A stretch of 64,000 nt of DNA from Bacteroidetes bacterium UBA3022 (GTDB lineage Bacteria > Bacteroidota > Bacteroidia > Chitinophagales > BACL12), in contig DDYY01000064.1 in assembly GCA_002346225.1 (NCBI GenBank), positions 6,261-70,260 of the forward strand. Reading direction: 5' to 3'. The first letter of the stretch is position 1; each line of letters begins with the position of its first letter. Under the pieces are notes generated by a model. It worked only from the letters and a program-made list of their open reading frames with translations, did no database searches and had not been told where the DNA came from. Both the position numbers and the translations under genes were made by a program. Shown here piece after piece: positions 46,758-56,640 of this stretch.

Positions 46758-47210
46758 ATGCGGGCAGTGATACAACGCGTGCAACATGCACAGGTAAACA
46801 TAGGTGGAGCCTTACATTCGCGAATAGGTGAAGGTTTGCTGGTATTGCTGGGAATAGAAGCCGCCGATAACCGGGAGGACATTGACTGGTTATTGCGAAA
46901 AATCATTCAATTGCGCATTTTCACTGATGACGAAGGTAAAATGAACCGCAGCCTGGAAGACCTCCAGGGTGAGCTGATGGTAGTTAGCCAGTTTACGTTA
47001 TTCGCCAGCACCAAGAAAGGTAACCGGCCGGGATTCACCCGTTCGGCACCGCCCGATATCGCTATCCCACTGTATGAAGCATTTGTGGAACAAGCCCGTG
47101 TGTTGCTGGGCCGACCGATAGCCACCGGTGTTTTTGGCGCCATGATGGAGATTGACCTTTGCAATAGCGGACCCGTCACTATTACGATAGACACAAAAAA
47201 TAAAGAGTGA
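46758..47210 (+). CDS. dtd: D-aminoacyl-tRNA deacylase
   Basis: MRAVIQRV, VSQFTL, KGNRPGF, FGAMM, NSGPVT. Confidence 0.97.
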   Translation: MRAVIQRVQHAQVNIGGALHSRIGEGLLVLLGIEAADNREDIDWLLRKIIQLRIFTDDEGKMNRSLEDLQGELMVVSQFTLFASTKKGNRPGFTRSAPPDIAIPLYEAFVEQARVLLGRPIATGVFGAMMEIDLCNSGPVTITIDTKNKE

Positions 47211-47815
47211 AATTATATATACAATCTTTTTTTAAAAAGTATCTGGAACTCATCCTGGTTGCCGGTACGGTTATCGTCCTGTTCATCCGCAGTGACTACC
47301 CGAAATACGGAGAGCGCATGAGTCTGATGTTGTTCGGAACGCTGGCCTTCTATTACCTCGCATCCGGCATTCTCGTATTCCTCGACCGCCATCGGATAGT
47401 GCGAAGCATGCGTTTGATTTACATCATCGGATTGTGGGGTGTTTCGACAGTTGTAATCGGTATCATGTCGCGGCTCCATCTGATACGCAACAACCAGGAA
47501 CTGTTGACCATTGCAGTACTGGCCATGGTTGCCACCATTGTATTCTCCCTGCTGGCATTGCGGCAAATGCGCGATAAATCCGATTACGCCGCCTACAGAT
47601 GGCAGCTGCAACCGGTACTTTTGCGCTGCGGCATCGGCGTGGTGCTGGGTTTAGGTGTGCTGTTTTCTTCGCCCTATACCCTCTACCACAGCTTTGGCAC
47701 CTTCCGGCACCATCCCGAATACACCCGCAAAGCCATTCATGTTTACGAACATGCAGAAGATACAGCAGCTGCCCGGCAACTGGAAGAACTGACCGACAGC
47801 TTGCGCCGCAGGTAA
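47207..47815 (+). CDS. Hypothetical membrane protein
   Basis: GTGA overlap with dtd; about five hydrophobic helices. Confidence 0.7.
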   Translation: MKLYIQSFFKKYLELILVAGTVIVLFIRSDYPKYGERMSLMLFGTLAFYYLASGILVFLDRHRIVRSMRLIYIIGLWGVSTVVIGIMSRLHLIRNNQELLTIAVLAMVATIVFSLLALRQMRDKSDYAAYRWQLQPVLLRCGIGVVLGLGVLFSSPYTLYHSFGTFRHHPEYTRKAIHVYEHAEDTAAARQLEELTDSLRRR

Positions 47816-47883
47816 TCACAAATATTCCTTCCGACCTGCTCCGGCAGTGTTCTTTGCTTGCCTGCATTTCGTATTTTTGTAGC

Positions 47884-49071
47884 ATGTACGGAACCACACA
47901 ACAACGTCTCCAGCAGGAACTGGAAGAGATCAAAGCCGCGGGCCTTTTCAAGAATGAACGCATCATCGCTTCTCCGCAGGCTGCCGACATTACATTAGCA
48001 GACGGCAGTAAGGTGATTAATTTTTGTGCGAACAATTATCTGGGCTTGAGTGCACACCCCGATGTTATCGCCGCCGCCAAACGCGCCATCGACACCCATG
48101 GATATGGTATGAGTTCTGTCAGGTTTATCTGTGGCACCCAAGACATTCACAAGGAACTGGAGCAAAAAATTGCCGACTTTCTCGGAACGGAAGATACCAT
48201 TCTGTATGCCGCAGCCTTTGATGCCAACGGTGGTGTATTCGAGCCTTTGTTCAACGAAGAAGACGCTATCATCTCCGATTCCCTCAACCATGCATCTATC
48301 ATAGATGGTGTTCGCCTGTGCAAGGCACAGCGCTTCCGTTATGCCAATAATGACATGGCCGATCTGGAAGCCAAACTGCAGGAAGCCGCAGGTGCACGCA
48401 GCAGGATCATTGTTACCGATGGTGTATTCAGCATGGATGGCACTATTGCCCAGCTCGATGCTATCTGCGACCTGGCTGACCGCTACGATGCCCTGGTGAT
48501 GATTGATGAGTGTCATGCTTCCGGATTCATCGGCAAGACCGGTAGGGGTACCCATGAGTACCGCAATGTGATGGGCCGTATCGATATCATTACAGGCACC
48601 CTTGGCAAGGCGCTGGGTGGTGCATCCGGAGGATTTACTTCCGGCCGTAAGGAAATTATCGAACTGTTGCGCCAGCGTTCCCGTCCTTACCTGTTCAGCA
48701 ATACTGTCGCCCCTTCCATAGTCGGCGCTTCTATTGCCGTATTCGACCTCCTCAGCAAAACTACTGAGCTGCGCGATAAGCTGGAAGAAAACACGCGATT
48801 CTTCCGCGAGCAAATCACGGCTGCCGGCTTCGATATTAAACCCGGCGAGCATCCTATCGTTCCCATCATGCTGTACGATGCAGTGTTGAGTCAGAAGATG
48901 GCAGAAGGGCTCCTGAAAGAGGGTATTTATGTAATTGGATTTTATTATCCTGTTGTACCCAAAGGTCAGGCGCGTATACGGGTGCAGATTTCCGCTGCAC
49001 ACAACCGCTCCCATCTGGAAAAAGCCATTGCTGCCTTTACAAAGGTGGGCAAGGAACTGGGTGTTATCTGA
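47884..49071 (+). CDS. kbl: Glycine C-acetyltransferase (2-amino-3-ketobutyrate CoA ligase)
   Basis: [37 protein letters not shown] (PLP Lys), RSRPYLFSN. The longer ORF-track start at 47599 is a spurious extension. Confidence 0.96.
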   Translation: MYGTTQQRLQQELEEIKAAGLFKNERIIASPQAADITLADGSKVINFCANNYLGLSAHPDVIAAAKRAIDTHGYGMSSVRFICGTQDIHKELEQKIADFLGTEDTILYAAAFDANGGVFEPLFNEEDAIISDSLNHASIIDGVRLCKAQRFRYANNDMADLEAKLQEAAGARSRIIVTDGVFSMDGTIAQLDAICDLADRYDALVMIDECHASGFIGKTGRGTHEYRNVMGRIDIITGTLGKALGGASGGFTSGRKEIIELLRQRSRPYLFSNTVAPSIVGASIAVFDLLSKTTELRDKLEENTRFFREQITAAGFDIKPGEHPIVPIMLYDAVLSQKMAEGLLKEGIYVIGFYYPVVPKGQARIRVQISAAHNRSHLEKAIAAFTKVGKELGVI

Positions 49072-49119
49072 TAAGTTTAAGTGCCCTATGTTAGCACAGA
49101 AAGCTGCTTCAACAGTTCT

Positions 49120-49671
49120 TTATTGCGACCAGGGCGGTTGCAGTTGCAGTACCTGCTGATAAACCGGACAAGTTTCCACATGTGCACCTTTTAAATAGCC
49201 GGCGCTCATCAGGAATTCATTCACAATTTCACCTCCGGTAAATTTGAAGGTCCTTTTAAACAGCTTCACCCACTCCTCTTTTGTAAGTGGATGGTGATGT
49301 TGCAGCCAATTCCCGAAACTGCCGAATGCTTTTTGCAAACCGAGTATTTGCTGAGCATTATGAATGGCAGCATCTACCTTCAGCCGGTTGCGGATAATGC
49401 CCGCATCACTAAGCAAACGCTGCCGGTCCTTCTCTCCAAAGGCGGCCACTTTACTGATGTCATACCCGGCATATGCCTTTCTGAAATTATCCTGCTTGTT
49501 GAGAATGGTTGTCCATGATAATCCTGCCTGATTGATTTCCAGCAACAGTCGTCCGAACAATTCGTTGTCGGAGTGAATGGGAAAACCGTATTGGGTGTCG
49601 TGGTATATTCGGTGGACGCTCTGCGCATCCATGTGCAGCACAGCCGAACAATAAGATGGAGGTGTTTCCAT
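49120..49671 (-). CDS. tag: DNA-3-methyladenine glycosylase I
   Basis: YHDTQYG, LEINQAGLSW..IL.K, GIIRNRLK, FKFTG, H..C. Confidence 0.93.
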   Translation of the reverse strand: METPPSYCSAVLHMDAQSVHRIYHDTQYGFPIHSDNELFGRLLLEINQAGLSWTTILNKQDNFRKAYAGYDISKVAAFGEKDRQRLLSDAGIIRNRLKVDAAIHNAQQILGLQKAFGSFGNWLQHHHPLTKEEWVKLFKRTFKFTGGEIVNEFLMSAGYLKGAHVETCPVYQQVLQLQPPWSQ

Positions 49672-49716
49672 GTTACAATAGTAAGCCTCCTGCAGGCCTA
49701 AAGCAAATCATTCCGA

Positions 49717-49911
49717 CTACTCTTTGGAATCATCCTTTTCCCGCCTAAGCCGGGTGGCTGCGAAAGCAATTCCCAGTGCAACGCCGATACCTACACCCAT
49801 GGCAATGTTTCCCAGGGCTGTTCCAATAGCGGCTCCTACGCCGGCACCAATGGCCACGCCTGCTCCGAGAATGCTTTCTTTATTCACAGGCTGCCTATCT
49901 GTGTTGATCAA
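49717..49911 (-). CDS. Small glycine-zipper membrane protein
   Basis: [32 protein letters not shown]; start uncertain. Confidence 0.65.
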   Translation of the reverse strand: MINTDRQPVNKESILGAGVAIGAGVGAAIGTALGNIAMGVGIGVALGIAFAATRLRREKDDSKE

Positions 49912-50266
49912 TCAGTATGGTATTGCCGTCGGGATCAGCGATGACAAAACTGGCCGGACCTGGGGTAGTAACATCTGCTTCTGACAAAAACGCAATGCCT
50001 TTTGCCTTCAAGTTTGCCTGCAGATCGCGGACATCAGTAAAACGCTCAAGATTTTGAGCATCCTGGTCCCAACCCGGATTGAAGGTCAGGATGTTTTGTT
50101 CGAACATACCCTGGAATAATCCGATCAGTGTGCTTTCATTTTTCATGATCAGATAATTTTTTTCCATATCTCCGGCAAACACTTCAAATCCGAGTTGCTC
50201 GTAAAATGTTCTGGAAGCCTCTAAATCCTTTACACTCAGACTAACAGAGAAAGCCCCTAATTGCAT
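49895..50266 (-). CDS. VOC/glyoxalase family protein
   Basis: [32 protein letters not shown]. Confidence 0.9.
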   Translation of the reverse strand: MQLGAFSVSLSVKDLEASRTFYEQLGFEVFAGDMEKNYLIMKNESTLIGLFQGMFEQNILTFNPGWDQDAQNLERFTDVRDLQANLKAKGIAFLSEADVTTPGPASFVIADPDGNTILIDQHR

Positions 50267-50391
50267 ACTGTTCTTTTTGATGATTAAGTAAATATACGGA
50301 ATAAGCTTTGCTCTGATAGTTCGTGCATTACCTGTGAGGGTGCCGTTTTTCCCAAAGGGAGCGAATGATATCCGGGGTCTGCACTTTCTTC

Positions 50392-51288
50392 TTATCGCTG
50401 CAACACCTGCCCTCTATGTAATTCCATACTGTTGTATCCTTCGACGGTAACAAAGGGCACCGACATCAGGCCATCTTCAGTAGCAGCAGGAACCATGCAG
50501 TTGAAATGCAGATGGGGTATGTTGGTTTGTCCGGTGGTACCCGACAGTCCGATAGGCTGACCGCGTTGCACTGCATCGCCTACCTGCACCAGGCTTCCCC
50601 GGTGTTGCAGGTGGACGTATTGCGTGAATAATCCACTGATGGTGTCGTACAGCGTTATGAAATTTCCGTAGGGTTTCCATGCTTCTCCTGCACCTCCATA
50701 CCTGTACTGGTCTACAACACCCACTACCACTCCATCGGTAGCGGCACACACCGTATCCCCTTTTTGCAAGTCGATATCTATGGCATACCTGGACCAATCG
50801 GTATGATGGGTAGGTTGGCTGTTATTGCCTTGCACTACGCGGTAAGTCTTGTCGGCGGGGAAGGGCAGCGATATGGTGGCAGGCAGCACCTCGTGTGAAG
50901 GATTTCCCATATGAACGGTAATCTGCATGTCGGGTAACGCAGTGAAGGTTCCCGTCACAGAAAAACTGGTATCTGCACCTGCAGGCAATACTATCGGATT
51001 GAGGGCTGCGAGTTGTGGTTGAAGCATGCTTTCAGCAGAACGTATACTGATCCTCACGGGACAATGCAGCGGATTGCTCAGGGTGATGTTGACATATTCA
51101 CTTTGCACCTCCAGACTGGCAGGTAGCTGGAATTGTGGAAGCTGTTCTTTGGGCAGCAAGAGCGCTGTACAATTGGAAAAAGCAAAGAGCACGAAGAGCA
51201 GCGCGATTACATGCAGCCGGGTTATAGAAGTAGCTCGGCCTGAGTTTACAACTGTTGGCAATTCCCTCCCATTGGGTTCCCGCATCAT
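50392..51288 (-). CDS. M23-family peptidase
   Basis: H..YAID, AATDGVV, YGN, YVHL, SGTTG..PHLHF; start uncertain. Confidence 0.88.
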   Translation of the reverse strand: MMREPNGRELPTVVNSGRATSITRLHVIALLFVLFAFSNCTALLLPKEQLPQFQLPASLEVQSEYVNITLSNPLHCPVRISIRSAESMLQPQLAALNPIVLPAGADTSFSVTGTFTALPDMQITVHMGNPSHEVLPATISLPFPADKTYRVVQGNNSQPTHHTDWSRYAIDIDLQKGDTVCAATDGVVVGVVDQYRYGGAGEAWKPYGNFITLYDTISGLFTQYVHLQHRGSLVQVGDAVQRGQPIGLSGTTGQTNIPHLHFNCMVPAATEDGLMSVPFVTVEGYNSMELHRGQVLQR

Positions 51289-51481
51289 AACATCAAAGGA
51301 AATGAATACAAAAGGTCCTTCCAAGTGGTGTACCGTTAATCTTAGGTAAAGCAGGCGAATATTGAACAAACCCTACCTGTTATCCCCCTAGTGCTTACTG
51401 ACCCACATCTTTGATACAGAAGAGCTTGTACCTGTTTTATAACTATTTCATGAATAAACTGTTTACCTATAAAAACACCCT

Positions 51482-52090
51482 ATGCAGCGTATACTTCTAC
51501 TATTAATGACACTCAGCACCCTACCGATGCTGGCACAAGACGGTCTGGAATTCAGCCTTTCCGGAGGACCCGGTCGCTCTTATTTAATCATGAATGACGA
51601 TACCAGTAAAACAGCTGCCAACCTGCAGTTATCCGTGCAGGTAGGATTCCTGTTAAATGATAAGGTGGAACTTTTCACCGGTGTACAATACTGGCAGTCG
51701 GGATTTGCCACCTCCCTTACCGACCAGGGGGGCAACCTGGTTGCGACGGCTGATTACGTTACCTACGGACTTCCTGTGGGGGTGCGTTATTACCTCACCA
51801 ATAACTTGTACGGAGCTATACGGCTGGTGCCCGCCATTCAGGCATTTGCCGGGGATGACAATACCAGCGATCCTGTTTTTGCTTTCGAATTTACGGAGGG
51901 TAGCATGCGTAGTTTTCATCTTTTTGGCGAAGTCAACCTGGGCTATGCCATACACCTCAGCGATGCCTTCGACATTGATTTGGAGCCCCGCCTGGGTCAC
52001 TCCTTCACTCCTGTGCTGGACGCAGAGGGTATCAACGGCCGTCTGTTTGAATACGGCATCAATATCCGGCTGCAGTATCGGATTTGGTAG
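51482..52090 (+). CDS. Outer-membrane beta-barrel protein
   Basis: Signal peptide ending MLA-Q; alternating beta strands; C-terminus YRIW. Confidence 0.75.
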   Translation: MQRILLLLMTLSTLPMLAQDGLEFSLSGGPGRSYLIMNDDTSKTAANLQLSVQVGFLLNDKVELFTGVQYWQSGFATSLTDQGGNLVATADYVTYGLPVGVRYYLTNNLYGAIRLVPAIQAFAGDDNTSDPVFAFEFTEGSMRSFHLFGEVNLGYAIHLSDAFDIDLEPRLGHSFTPVLDAEGINGRLFEYGINIRLQYRIW

Positions 52091-52137
52091 GCATTTTCTA
52101 TCTTTAACATCCTTTTACAGATAAAAAATACCCGAAT

Positions 52138-53115
52138 ATGCGCCTATCCTACCGCAGTCTGCTGTTGAGTTTCCTGATGGCTAGTGCCGGAACTGTTGCA
52201 GCACAAAGTGATGTCTACCTGCAAATCAACCATTTGCTGAACGACAACCCTTTCGAATTTTCTGTTGCACAAACCAACAATCTCGGAGAGGATTTTAATG
52301 TCAGCCGAATGGAATACTACATGTCGGAAATTACGCTGGTACACGACGGCGGTATGACAACTGAGCTGGAAGATACCTGGGTACTGGTAAATGCCGGCGC
52401 CTTCACGAATGTGTATCTGGGAAGTTTGGACATTACGGAACTGGAATCTATTTCTTTCGGTATTGGTGTACAAAGCGATTTCAACCACCTGGACCCTTCT
52501 ACTTATCCAACAGGACATCCGCTGGCTCCTAAATCCCCTTCTATGCACTGGGGTTGGGCAGCAGGTTACCGCTTCGTTGCCATGGAAGGTAAAGCCGGTG
52601 CCGGTCTTTCTCAAACGTATGAAGTACATGCGCTGGGAGATGTCAACTATCAAATTACCAATGTAGCCACGGCAGGAACCTGGAACGACGGTGTTTTGTA
52701 TGTAGCACTGGATGGTGACTACGCCATGGCACTGAAAGATGTTTCCGTTGCGGGCGGACTCATCAGCCACGGTGAAACAGGCGCTTCCATTGATGTGCTG
52801 GTTAATTTTAACCAGGAAGTATTTCGCGAAGGTGCCGCTAATACAACTTCATCCGTAAGCCAGTTACCGCTTTCACTCGATATGCGGATAGCTCCCAACC
52901 CGGCAGCGCAACAAGTATGGGTGCAAGTGAGCCAGTCTCTACCATCCGGTAGCATGTTGCTGCTGGTTGATATCAGAGGAAGAGAAGTATTGCGCATGCC
53001 CGCTACCCCACAAATGGAAATTGATTTGCAGTCCTACCCTGCGGGTCTTTATAATGTTTGTCTGGAAAATGATCATCAAATAATTTCAGTACAACAATTG
53101 TACATCAACAAATAA
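52138..53115 (+). CDS. MbnP-family copper-binding protein fused to a T9SS sorting domain
   Basis: EYYMSEI, FGIGV..NHLDP..HPL..MHWGWAAGYRF..EG. CTD APNPA..DIRGREV..AGLY.V..LYINK. Confidence 0.8.
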   Translation: MRLSYRSLLLSFLMASAGTVAAQSDVYLQINHLLNDNPFEFSVAQTNNLGEDFNVSRMEYYMSEITLVHDGGMTTELEDTWVLVNAGAFTNVYLGSLDITELESISFGIGVQSDFNHLDPSTYPTGHPLAPKSPSMHWGWAAGYRFVAMEGKAGAGLSQTYEVHALGDVNYQITNVATAGTWNDGVLYVALDGDYAMALKDVSVAGGLISHGETGASIDVLVNFNQEVFREGAANTTSSVSQLPLSLDMRIAPNPAAQQVWVQVSQSLPSGSMLLLVDIRGREVLRMPATPQMEIDLQSYPAGLYNVCLENDHQIISVQQLYINK

Positions 53116-54215
53116 TGCCTTTTAAGCTTGTAACGTATTGTGGTGCTTTCATCTTCATTACAGCTGTTGTCTTCATTTCGGGATGTAAGAAAGACAACGT
53201 AGATGTCGGCGTGCAATGGGATACTTCCCCTTACGCACTGTCTTACGGTGATTTACCGCAACCGCTCATTCCGGACGATAATGCACTCACCAATGCCGGT
53301 GTTCAACTGGGACGCATGCTGTTTTACGAAAAAAGATTGTCGGGCAATGGAACTATGTCCTGTGCTTCCTGTCACCAGCAGGCATTTGCATTTACCGATA
53401 CTTCAAAGTTTTCCATAGGTATCGATGGTTTGCCTGGTAAACGGCAGGCGATGGTAGCATTCAATACGCTATGGCATTCCAACGAATTCTTCTGGGATGG
53501 CAGGGCGCATCTGCTGCGGGAGCAATCGCTTATGCCCATACAGGATCCACTGGAAATGCATGAAACCCTGGACAATGTGGTAGCTAAACTTTCCGTCGAC
53601 CAGGACTACATAGATCAGTTTATCCGGGCTTTCGGCTCAGACGCCATCACACCGGAGCGGATAGCCCTGGCGCTGGAGCAGTTCATGCACTCCATTGTAT
53701 CGTACAACAGTAAATACGATCAGTTTCTGGCAGGGCAAGCCGAACTGACTCTCAGCGAAGAAAGAGGCCGGGAGCTTTTCTTTACCGAATACAATCCTTT
53801 CTTCCCGGAATTGTCGGGAGCAGACTGCGGACATTGCCATTCGGGTTCCAATTTTGAAAACGACCGCTACATGAACAACGGGTTGGATACTGATGGCAGC
53901 ATGTTGGATATTGGTCGGGAAGCTGTTACCGGCAATCCGGGAGACAGAGGCAAGTTCAAGGTTACTACCCTGCGCAATATCGAGCATACCTATCCCTATA
54001 TGCACGATGGCCGATTCGCTACACTGGAAGAAGTGATTGACCATTACAACGAAGGCATTCAGCCCTCGGCTACGCTGGAACCGGAACTGGAAAATACAAG
54101 AGCTACAGGTTTGTTCCTCACGGAAACCGATAAGGCCGATTTGATTGCCTTCCTCAAAACGCTCACAGATGAGAGCCTCCTGAACAATCCCGCTTACAGC
54201 AATCCGTTTGAATAG
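53115..54215 (+). CDS. Di-haem bCcP/MauG-family enzyme (MbnH-like), lipoprotein
   Basis: CASCH and CGHCH haem motifs, FFWDGRA, FKV.TLRN, PYMHDG. Confidence 0.92.
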   Translation: MPFKLVTYCGAFIFITAVVFISGCKKDNVDVGVQWDTSPYALSYGDLPQPLIPDDNALTNAGVQLGRMLFYEKRLSGNGTMSCASCHQQAFAFTDTSKFSIGIDGLPGKRQAMVAFNTLWHSNEFFWDGRAHLLREQSLMPIQDPLEMHETLDNVVAKLSVDQDYIDQFIRAFGSDAITPERIALALEQFMHSIVSYNSKYDQFLAGQAELTLSEERGRELFFTEYNPFFPELSGADCGHCHSGSNFENDRYMNNGLDTDGSMLDIGREAVTGNPGDRGKFKVTTLRNIEHTYPYMHDGRFATLEEVIDHYNEGIQPSATLEPELENTRATGLFLTETDKADLIAFLKTLTDESLLNNPAYSNPFE

Positions 54216-54218
54216 CCT

Positions 54219-55244
54219 ATGCAGCGCACCCTTATGAGTATGTGTCTGGTTTTTCTGGGCCTGCTGGCCGCAGCTGGTTCGGAGGTGGAGGGATGGCTAC
54301 TACCCGTTCCATCGAATGAACCCGAAGTGCCTGCAGGTTTCCCCCCGGTACTATTTCCAGACGACAACGGATACACTGAGGAGCGATGGGCACTGGGCAA
54401 GAAGCTTTTTTTTGACCCCATCCTTTCATTAGACAGCAGCATCAGCTGTGCTTCCTGCCATTTGCCGGAATATGGTTTCAGTGACAACCGCAGCCTGAGT
54501 CCCGGCATCCTGAACCGACCCGGAGTCAGAAATGCACCTTCGCTCGCCAATGTGGCCTATCATCCTTATTTTCTCAGAGAAGGAAGTGTGCCTACCCTTG
54601 AAATGCAGGTGCTGGTTCCGATTCAGGAGGAGAACGAATTCGCGCACAACATTGTAGATATTGCCGCGCAACTGAACAGGGACAGTACTTACGTGGCGAT
54701 GAGCCTGGCGGCCTACAACCGACCGCCGGATGCGTTTACCATCACCCGCGCACTGGCGACCTTCGAGCGTACGCTTATCAGCGGCAACAGCCCATATGAT
54801 CAGTTCGTGACCCTTGGCAAAACAGACGCCCTTTCTGAAGAAGAACAGGCGGGCATGGCATTGTTTTTCAGCGATCGCCTGCAATGTTCCACCTGTCATG
54901 GCGGATTCAATTTTACCGATTACCGCTTTGCCAACAACGGCCTGGACACTGCCTATGCCGACATCGGGAGAATGCGGTTCAGTGGAAAAGAAAGTGATAG
55001 GGGATTGTTCAAAGTACCTTCCCTGCGCAATGTTGCAGTGACAGGTCCCTACATGCACGATGGCAGCATTGCTACGCTGCAGGAGGTGGTGGCGCATTAC
55101 AACAGCGGTGGTGCGCTGCATCCCAATAAATCACCGTTGATACAACCACTAAATTTATCTGCATCAGAAAAACAACAATTGGTTGCTTTCCTCTTTGCTC
55201 TTACGGATTCTGCATTTATCAGCAATCCGCTGTTGCAGCATTAA
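54219..55244 (+). CDS. Second di-haem bCcP/MauG-family enzyme
   Basis: CASCH and CSTCH, RNAPSL.N, FKVPSLRN, PYMHDG. Confidence 0.92.
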   Translation: MQRTLMSMCLVFLGLLAAAGSEVEGWLLPVPSNEPEVPAGFPPVLFPDDNGYTEERWALGKKLFFDPILSLDSSISCASCHLPEYGFSDNRSLSPGILNRPGVRNAPSLANVAYHPYFLREGSVPTLEMQVLVPIQEENEFAHNIVDIAAQLNRDSTYVAMSLAAYNRPPDAFTITRALATFERTLISGNSPYDQFVTLGKTDALSEEEQAGMALFFSDRLQCSTCHGGFNFTDYRFANNGLDTAYADIGRMRFSGKESDRGLFKVPSLRNVAVTGPYMHDGSIATLQEVVAHYNSGGALHPNKSPLIQPLNLSASEKQQLVAFLFALTDSAFISNPLLQH

Positions 55245-55252
55245 ACGGCCAT

Positions 55253-56365
55253 CTAAGGCAACCAGGGTCCCTGGCGGGTAACACTTAAAAAACGTTGATT
55301 GTCATAACGGAATAGTCCGCCCCACCCTCCGAACCAAAATCGATCCTGACGATCTTTGTATATGCATAGTATTCCGTTTGTATAAGACGGATCCTCTGCC
55401 CTATAATGGGTAAACAAATGCTTCCCGTCCAATGCTGACTTACCATCATATCTGAACACTCCGTTGTGTTCAACAGCAAACCATATAGCTCCGCTGCTAT
55501 CCTCCCAAAGCCCGCCTACTTCCACACCTTCTATAATACCTTCCTGAGTAAAATTGATAAAGCCGGTTCCATCGAACATACTAAAACCACCAAAGAAAGT
55601 ACCCACCCAAATATTACCTGCAGCATCCACCAGTAATTCATTGATGGAGTTGTCGCACAATCCATCTTCAATAGTAAAATGCTCAAATGTCTTCCCGTCA
55701 AATCGGGTAAGACCAAAGCCATCGGTGCCTAACCAGATATTGCCTTGTTTGTCTTCCACAATAGCCGTAATGCGATCAGCTGAAAAAAGTACTTTAGGAT
55801 TCTTTACCGAAGCCCGCGGCATTGAAAATGTTTTAAAGGCTATGCCATCAAATTGTGCAACACCCTGATTGTGACCTACCCAAAAAACACCCTTGCTGTC
55901 GATAAACAAACACCACAATTCTTCATCCTGAAGTCCGGCATCAGCACCATAGTGTTTGAATTTTGGTTGTTGAGATGACAGTTGCGATTGTTCACATTGA
56001 AACAAACCACCATAAGCACTCATCCAGAGATTACCTGCGCTGTCCTCCAATATCCCGGTTATTCTTCCACCGTCAAAATTGCTTTCTTCTCCAAAATATT
56101 GAAGGGTATCGCCATTGTAGCGCATGATATGGTATACATTGGTTCCCATCCAGAGATTATCCTGTTGGTCCTGATATATGCGCCGAACATGCTGGCACAA
56201 CTGCCCGGGAAGAAAAAACAAGGGATCTATTTGTTGCCCGATACTATCTCCGCCAACATCATTGGCCGACATCAGGGTTGTATGGTCTTCCTGATTATTG
56301 TTATGAACTGTTTCACTGCATGCAAACAATAACGTCAAGATAAGGCTTGCCATGACTTGCAGCAT
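55253..56365 (-). CDS. Two-component-regulator-type beta-propeller protein (stand-alone), probable lipoprotein
   Basis: Repeated I.ED..GN.W.GT..G...FDG blades; lipobox LFAC; no kinase domain. Confidence 0.85.
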   Translation of the reverse strand: MLQVMASLILTLLFACSETVHNNNQEDHTTLMSANDVGGDSIGQQIDPLFFLPGQLCQHVRRIYQDQQDNLWMGTNVYHIMRYNGDTLQYFGEESNFDGGRITGILEDSAGNLWMSAYGGLFQCEQSQLSSQQPKFKHYGADAGLQDEELWCLFIDSKGVFWVGHNQGVAQFDGIAFKTFSMPRASVKNPKVLFSADRITAIVEDKQGNIWLGTDGFGLTRFDGKTFEHFTIEDGLCDNSINELLVDAAGNIWVGTFFGGFSMFDGTGFINFTQEGIIEGVEVGGLWEDSSGAIWFAVEHNGVFRYDGKSALDGKHLFTHYRAEDPSYTNGILCIYKDRQDRFWFGGWGGLFRYDNQRFLSVTRQGPWLP

Positions 56366-56640
56366 AGTACGAAGGAAATAACAATATTGAAATATATCAA
56401 TATGCATATATTATATTAAATCATTATACCTAAAACAACTCAAAACCTGCTGCAATATACTGTGTAAAAAGATGAGGATTGATGGCTTTAGGTAACGTAA
56501 TAATAGCCAAATAAACCCGCAGGTTCAGCTCAGGAGATGGCAATACTAATTTTATGGCAACATTGCGTACCTGCGAACTTTCAAATGCATGCATCCTATC
56601 CTGTATATCGCTTTTTGTATTTGCCACCTTACCTTTAGCT

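Noticed and set aside
47599-47883. 95-codon N-terminal extension of kbl in the ORF track
   Set aside because: It overlaps the upstream membrane-protein gene. Homology begins at MYGTTQQ (47884), which has its own -7 element.
47995-49014. 339-aa antisense ORF opposite kbl, and similar long antisense ORFs opposite recA, oppC, the DUF5723-like gene, the kinase and the peroxidases
   Set aside because: These are shadow ORFs produced by codon bias of the clearly identifiable gene on the other strand; they carry no motifs of their own.
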